From NCBI GenBank assembly GCA_040753675.1, contig JBFMEB010000009.1, positions 3,407-67,406 on the forward strand: DNA of 64,000 nucleotides. The letters are read 5' to 3'. The notes under the pieces were generated by a model. The model worked only from the letters and a program-made list of their open reading frames with translations. It was not told where the DNA came from and searched no databases. A program made the position numbers and the translations under genes. Shown one piece after another: positions 59,406-64,000 of this stretch (its first letter is position 1; every line of letters starts with the position of its first letter). The DNA comes from Candidatus Omnitrophota bacterium. GTDB taxonomy: Bacteria; Omnitrophota; Gorgyraeia; JAHJTE01.

Positions 59406-60244
59406 TGCTTAATTTTAGCGTAAAGAAAACAACTACAAACATCCTAGTTCATCTTTTATTGATTTCAGTGTCGATTACCTGTCTTTTCCCGCTATTGTGG
59501 ATGTTTGGTTCTTCTTTAAAGACTCAAGGCACGGTTTTTTCTGACTTGAGCATAATTCCTCAACATCCGCATTTCGAGAATTATATAAAAGCCTGGACTG
59601 ACGGGGGTTTCGGCAGGTATTTCTTTAATAGTTTAATATACACCATCGCTGTAGTGTTAGGTATAGTTTTGGTATCGTCGCTGGCCGCATTTGCGTTTTC
59701 GCGATTGGAATTTCCTGGAAGAAACGCATTTTTTATCATGTTTCTTGCCGCGATGATGATACCGCTGCCGGGCAGTTTTGTTCCTTTATATGTGCTTATG
59801 GTGAAACTTCATTTGGTCAATACGCGCTTAGGCTATTGTTTATGCCTTATTAACGTGGGGCTGTCTTTTAGCATATTTTTGCTTAAGACGTATTTTGATA
59901 AGATGCCTAAAGAGTTAGAGGATGCCGCGAGAATTGACGGTTGCAACAGATTGGGAATTTATAGACACGTGGCTCTGCCCTTTGCCAGGCCGGCTCTTGC
60001 AGTGGTAGTGGTTTTTAACGCCCTGAATGTTTGGAACGAATATGTGCTGGCTTTGATAATATTTAGTAGTAAAGACCTGATGCCTCTTCAACGTGGGTTG
60101 ATGATGTTTCGGGGAGAATTCCTGACTAATTACCCACTTTTGATGGCAGGGCTTACTATAGCGGCCTTACCTATAATTATCTTATACCTGTTGATGCAGA
60201 AGTATATTGTCAAGGGAGCAACTTCTCAGGTGGTATTTCCATAA
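59405..60244 (+). CDS. Carbohydrate ABC transporter permease (MalG/UgpE-like)
   Basis: The start ATG overlaps the upstream stop (TAATG). EAA loop LEDAARIDGCNRLGIYRHVALPFARPAL. The track start at 59318 is an upstream in-frame extension overlapping the previous gene. Confidence 0.7.
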   Translation: MLNFSVKKTTTNILVHLLLISVSITCLFPLLWMFGSSLKTQGTVFSDLSIIPQHPHFENYIKAWTDGGFGRYFFNSLIYTIAVVLGIVLVSSLAAFAFSRLEFPGRNAFFIMFLAAMMIPLPGSFVPLYVLMVKLHLVNTRLGYCLCLINVGLSFSIFLLKTYFDKMPKELEDAARIDGCNRLGIYRHVALPFARPALAVVVVFNALNVWNEYVLALIIFSSKDLMPLQRGLMMFRGEFLTNYPLLMAGLTIAALPIIILYLLMQKYIVKGATSQVVFP

Positions 60245-60296
60245 TGCCTTATCAAATAAATAAGGGTTTAATTCAAAAATTAAAGTGCAAAAATCT

Positions 60297-60480
60297 ATTA
60301 CATAAATTTATATAAACTCTAAACACTAAATTCTAAATCCTAAATAAATCCAAAATTCAAAACATAAAACTCAAAACCTCATTTGACCTCTCAGGCATAA
60401 AATGTCTTCATACGCTTTTGGATTTTAGGTTTTGGACATTTGAGTTTGTTTAGAGTTTAGGGTTTCGGATTTAGGGTTTC
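60297..60480. repeat. Miniature ORF-less inverted copy of the four-helix-bundle cassette (both IR arms + 5' gene remnant)
   Basis: 60297-60350 matches the reverse complement of the cassette's right arm. 60425-60480 matches the reverse complement of its left arm. The middle retains the reverse complement of tcaaATGtccaaaacc, i.e. the MSKT start of the gene, then a stop. Confidence 0.55.
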
Positions 60481-60589
60481 TAATTTTTACATTTTACATT
60501 GTCATTTTGATATTTAATTTTTGATATTTGCATTTATAAACCAAATGCAATTGTCATTTAGTTGACAAGGCACCATAAGAAAGGTATTT

Positions 60590-60622
60590 AATCTTGCTTA
60601 CGCCAAGATTAATTGTTATAAT
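60590..60622 (+). promoter_or_regulatory. Candidate promoter + palindromic operator upstream of the MFS gene
   Basis: -35 TTGCTT (60594-99), 17-nt spacer, extended -10 TGtTATAAT (60614-22). The palindrome aatcttgcttacgccaagatt (60590-60610) overlaps the -35. A second TTGACA lies at 60562. Confidence 0.35.
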
Positions 60623-60664
60623 TACCATATTTATCACTAATTCAATTACAAGAATGGAGATCAA

Positions 60665-62191
60665 ATGACGACACACCATGTCACCGCCCCCCAAGACCGC
60701 ATTCCTTTTTTTCAGAAATTCATATACAGTATAGGAGCATTTGCGAATACTGCCCAGGCAGCTTTTATCGGACAGATGGTCATTGTTTTAAACCTGGGGT
60801 TAGGCGTAAATCCCGCCTTAGTGGGTTTAGTCGGAGCCCTACCCCGTATTATTGACGCCATATCTGATCCTATAACTGGATACTTTTCTGATAATCTACG
60901 GACCCGTTGGGGACGCCGAAGGCCGCTTATATTCTTTGGCGCTGTTACCGGCGGAATTACTTACGCATTGATGTATCAGCTCTATAAGGGCCATAGCGAA
61001 GGTTTCTATGTCTGGTATTTCGGAATATTCCAGGCCCTTTATTTTATTGGGTTTACCTGTTTTTCCATTCCCTGGATAGCGCTGGGATACGAAATGACCC
61101 CTGATTATCATGAGCGCACACGCTTGCAGGGGGCTAGTAATTTTGTTGGCCAATTACCCTGGCTTATCGCTCCTTGGTGCTGGGCCATTATGCACAACCA
61201 GAACTGGTTCCCAGATATAGTTTACGGCGGAAGAGTTCTTGCTATCATTATCGGCAGTGTTATCATCGGTTGTGGTATCCTTCCTGCTATTTTTAATAAA
61301 GAATACTTCCACACCTTACCAAAACCTGATGTTAGGGGCGCTTGGAGCGTGACGAAAGACTTCTTTGCTGGGGGTTTCGTAACTCTTAAATGTAGGCCAT
61401 TCTTGAAGCTGTGCCTATTTACCTTACTGATCTTTGGCGGATTCATGTGCGCTTCAGCTTTTACCATCTACGTTGTTTTCTTCTATGTCTTTGGAAATGC
61501 TCCAGTGCTTGATCAAGCCTATGCAAACGGCGGTCGCCTGCTCGGTATCTATGGGACTTTTTCTGCTATTTGTACTATGGGAGTCATTTATTTAACCACA
61601 TGGCTATCTAGAAGGCTCGGCAAGAGAAATACATTTTTTATAACTCTGCCTCTTTCAATCATCGGTTACGCTTTGAAGTGGATTGGTTATAATCCTGCGC
61701 ATCCGTACTTACTTTTGGTCGCCGCTCCGTTCATCTCATTCGGTCTGGGATCACTTTTCACATTAGTCAGCTCCATGGTAGCTGATGTATGTGACCTTGA
61801 TGAACTTACTACCGAAACACGCAGAGAAGGCATGTTTGGTGCTATTTACTGGTGGATGGTAAAATTAGGAGTCGCGCTTTCATCGTTTATCTCCGGAATT
61901 CTACTGAATGCAACTGGTTTCAAAGTTACATTAGGGCTTGCTCAAACAACGCAAACATTATTAAATTTGCGGCTGTGCGATATCGGTATCCCGATTGTGA
62001 CCACTTTAATCGCCATTTTTGTTATTATGACTTTTGATATCACAGAAGCTAAAGCCTGTGAAATCCGTGTCCATGTAGAGCGCAGAAGAGGAGAAAGACG
62101 AGTAGAAGAAGAAAGACGCAGAGAAGAAAGACGAGTAGAAGAAGAAAGACGAGTAGAAGAAGAAAGACGAGAAGAAGAAAGACGGGAGTGA
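60665..62191 (+). CDS. MFS transporter, glycoside-pentoside-hexuronide (GPH):cation symporter family
   Basis: GYFSDNLRTRWGRRRPLIFFGAV is the GPH DRT..RWGRRRP signature. 12 TM helices. GGAGA RBS. The C-terminal ERRVEEERR low-complexity tail is encoded by an 18-nt tandem repeat at about 62090-62188, so the functional C-terminus is uncertain. Confidence 0.7.
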   Translation: MTTHHVTAPQDRIPFFQKFIYSIGAFANTAQAAFIGQMVIVLNLGLGVNPALVGLVGALPRIIDAISDPITGYFSDNLRTRWGRRRPLIFFGAVTGGITYALMYQLYKGHSEGFYVWYFGIFQALYFIGFTCFSIPWIALGYEMTPDYHERTRLQGASNFVGQLPWLIAPWCWAIMHNQNWFPDIVYGGRVLAIIIGSVIIGCGILPAIFNKEYFHTLPKPDVRGAWSVTKDFFAGGFVTLKCRPFLKLCLFTLLIFGGFMCASAFTIYVVFFYVFGNAPVLDQAYANGGRLLGIYGTFSAICTMGVIYLTTWLSRRLGKRNTFFITLPLSIIGYALKWIGYNPAHPYLLLVAAPFISFGLGSLFTLVSSMVADVCDLDELTTETRREGMFGAIYWWMVKLGVALSSFISGILLNATGFKVTLGLAQTTQTLLNLRLCDIGIPIVTTLIAIFVIMTFDITEAKACEIRVHVERRRGERRVEEERRREERRVEEERRVEEERREEERRE

Positions 62192-62198
62192 TAGTAGG

Positions 62199-64000
62199 AT
62201 GAAAATTCGTAGATACTCGATACTCGATACTCGATACTCGATAATTTATTTGCTAACGTTTTTTTTGCTAGCATCTAGCATCTGGCATCTAGCATCGAGC
62301 CATGCAGAAGTTCTTCCATCCACTGAATACGTGCGAAATGCCTGGGATGCGTCAAGTAAAAAGGACCTTGAGTCGTTGGAAAAGATCGTGAACACCTGTA
62401 TTGAAAACTATTCGGAAGAAGCATTAGAGCAGCAAGCCAGTTTGCATGCCCTTGCTACGAAAGATAAGGCACAAGATTATCCAGCTCTAAATGATGTAGC
62501 AACATGCTATTTTATTCGCGGCGAGGCAAATTTTAAAGCCGGCAAGTTAAAAGAAGCAAAAGTCGACCTTAAAGAAGTAATTGATAATTATCATTATGCT
62601 CAAGCTTGGGATCCGCGGGGTTGGTTCTGGTCAGTAGCCGAGAAGAGTCAAGCGATTCTTGATAAAATTAAAGTGATGGAAGAAGGAGAACTTACCCCTG
62701 GAAATTTAGAGACAAGACCACTTGAAAGACCCGCAACAAAATTGACACTTTATGATTCTGGAAAAGAATCAGTCGTAAATTATGAAAAATACGGAAAGTT
62801 TATTGGCAGGGGCAGCAAAGATTATAAATATGAAATTACTGACCAGGAAGGCCTGGTCCAGGCAGTGGGAGAAGGCATTTATCCGAATACTACGAGCGTG
62901 CGCTGGGATCCTAATTTCAGGAAGGCGATGAAGGCAGGCAGATTAGAAGGCAGTCATTGGGATTTTGTGTACACTCCTGATTTAGAAGCAAACTTTTATA
63001 AATGGGCCACGGCCAGTGAACCCGAAGGAGTAAAACTTTTTTATATCGGGCTGGCTTTAGAGCGGGCTGGCTTCATCGAGCATGCCATAAAAGCCTATTA
63101 TGCCATTGTGGTACATTTTCCTGCGAGTTACGGCTGGACTTATTGGCAGACGCCTTGGTATGTAGGACCAGCAGCAATTGGCAAGATAAAGTATTTGACT
63201 TTCCGGTATCCGAAGTTGGGTATAAAACTTGAAGGGGCAAAGGTGAGGATAATTAATGCCTTTGATAAGAATATTAGTAATGACCTGGTTATTGCTGACC
63301 CTGGCAAATTGGTTAAAAAAACTATGTTAGATAAGGTTAGTCTAGCGCAGACTAGCGAGAAGATTAAGGTAAAGGTGGTAAAGAAAATCGGGGGGACACG
63401 GATAAAGCTCGTTCAGTTCGATAATCGCCATTGGCGGCTCTACGTAAACTCTAAACCCTATATAATTAAAGGTATATCCTATGCGCCTACAAAGGTGGGT
63501 CAGAGTCCGGATGACGGGTCGCTCTCCAACTGGATGGATTATGATTATAACCATAATGGTCTCTGCGACGGACCATTTGATTCCTTTATAGATAAAAATT
63601 TGAATAATAAACAGGATAAGGATGAATTTCCTATCGGAGATTTTCAGTTGATGAAGAATATGGGCGTTAATACCATTAGAGTTTATCATCAGCCTTTTAC
63701 CTTTACGAAGGCCAACAAAAAACTCTTAAGGAAACTTTACGATGATTTTGGAATTATGGTGATTATGGGCGATTTTTTAGGTAAATATGCCATTGGTTCA
63801 GGAGCGAGTTGGTACGAAGGCACGGACTATGAGAATCCCGAACATCAAAAGAATATGTTAGATTCAGTTATTAAGATGGTGAATGAATTTAAAGATGAGC
63901 CCTATATTCTGATGTGGTTATTGGGTAATGAAAATGTTTACGGAATTGCGTGTAACGCCGATAAAAAGCCGCAGGCCTTCTTCGCGTTTTGCGATAAAGT
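62199..64000 (+). CDS. Secreted glycoside hydrolase, clan GH-A TIM-barrel (GH5/GH2-like), 3'-partial
   Basis: Open frame from ATG 62199 to the window end; the track omits it for lack of a stop. N-terminus MKIRRYSILDTRYSIIYLLTFFLLASSIWHLASSHA|EV is a signal peptide with an AxA site. The C-terminal region GVNTIRVYHQPF ... ILMWLLGNENVYG carries the GH-A NE(P) acid/base motif. Confidence 0.55.
   Translation, partial: MKIRRYSILDTRYSIIYLLTFFLLASSIWHLASSHAEVLPSTEYVRNAWDASSKKDLESLEKIVNTCIENYSEEALEQQASLHALATKDKAQDYPALNDVATCYFIRGEANFKAGKLKEAKVDLKEVIDNYHYAQAWDPRGWFWSVAEKSQAILDKIKVMEEGELTPGNLETRPLERPATKLTLYDSGKESVVNYEKYGKFIGRGSKDYKYEITDQEGLVQAVGEGIYPNTTSVRWDPNFRKAMKAGRLEGSHWDFVYTPDLEANFYKWATASEPEGVKLFYIGLALERAGFIEHAIKAYYAIVVHFPASYGWTYWQTPWYVGPAAIGKIKYLTFRYPKLGIKLEGAKVRIINAFDKNISNDLVIADPGKLVKKTMLDKVSLAQTSEKIKVKVVKKIGGTRIKLVQFDNRHWRLYVNSKPYIIKGISYAPTKVGQSPDDGSLSNWMDYDYNHNGLCDGPFDSFIDKNLNNKQDKDEFPIGDFQLMKNMGVNTIRVYHQPFTFTKANKKLLRKLYDDFGIMVIMGDFLGKYAIGSGASWYEGTDYENPEHQKNMLDSVIKMVNEFKDEPYILMWLLGNENVYGIACNADKKPQAFFAFCDK
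62205..62300. repeat. Word arrays gatactc x4 and agcatctag x3-4 (overlap the 5' end of the secreted GH gene)
   Basis: gatactcgatactcgatactcgatactcg ... tagcatctagcatctggcatctagcatcgagc. They encode the signal peptide ...LLASSIWHLASSHA. Confidence 0.6.

Noticed and set aside
56408-60480. Plant-telomere-like tttaggg / ccctaaa motifs
   Set aside because: They occur only as parts of the cassette's inverted-repeat arms, one to two copies each and not tandem. They are not telomeric.
60896-62274. Minus-strand ORFs inside or after the MFS gene (60896-61153, 61222-61467, 61942-62274)
   Set aside because: They are antisense to the GPH transporter coding sequence. The last one is generated by the antisense of the 18-nt tandem repeat (SSTRLSSS...).
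51551-62300. CRISPR array
   Set aside because: Repeat units are 7-9 nt, there are no 25-40-nt unique spacers, and no regular repeat-spacer periodicity is present.
63342-63689. Minus-strand 115-aa ORF near the window end
   Set aside because: It lies antisense within the plus-strand secreted glycoside-hydrolase gene, which has a clear signal peptide and a GH-A motif.

Overview
All calls are by-eye motif recognition; no HMM or BLAST searches were run. This is an AT-rich prokaryotic window dominated by one uninterrupted plus-strand reading frame, nt 2..51550. It is already open at the window edge and encodes at least 17,065 aa after the first in-window ATG at 353. It reads as a mosaic of many enzyme-like and transporter-like modules joined by hydrophobic, low-complexity 'leader-like' segments, and several modules look like complete stand-alone proteins. 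Those are an RND permease C-terminal half, an EamA/DMT 10-TM transporter, an ECF sigma factor, and a Tat-signal + LysM + L,D-transpeptidase unit. The other recognisable modules are Gfo/Idh/MocA, an APH/maltokinase-like kinase, HAD, GH13, glycogen-synthase-like GT, GlpX, GNATs, a guanylate-kinase-like domain, carbamate kinase, a P-loop kinase, a nucleotidyltransferase and a SAM-methyltransferase-like domain. The architecture resembles the giant genes reported from candidate phyla such as Omnitrophota, but I cannot verify the taxon. Downstream (51.6-64 kb) is a compact plus-strand locus. It holds a PilZ-ROK fusion regulator, two small PilZ proteins, a GH94 glycoside phosphorylase, an IR-flanked 'four-helix-bundle' cassette, a sugar ABC binding protein with two permeases, a GPH-family MFS symporter, and a secreted GH-A-clan glycoside hydrolase that runs off the 3' edge. 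Every intergenic gap in this locus is filled with arrays of 7-9-nt words in direct and inverted orientation. One word family also recurs in-frame inside the giant ORF, at leader-like segments. No rRNA, tRNA or CRISPR was seen. All minus-strand ORFs in the track lie antisense to strong plus-strand coding and look spurious.
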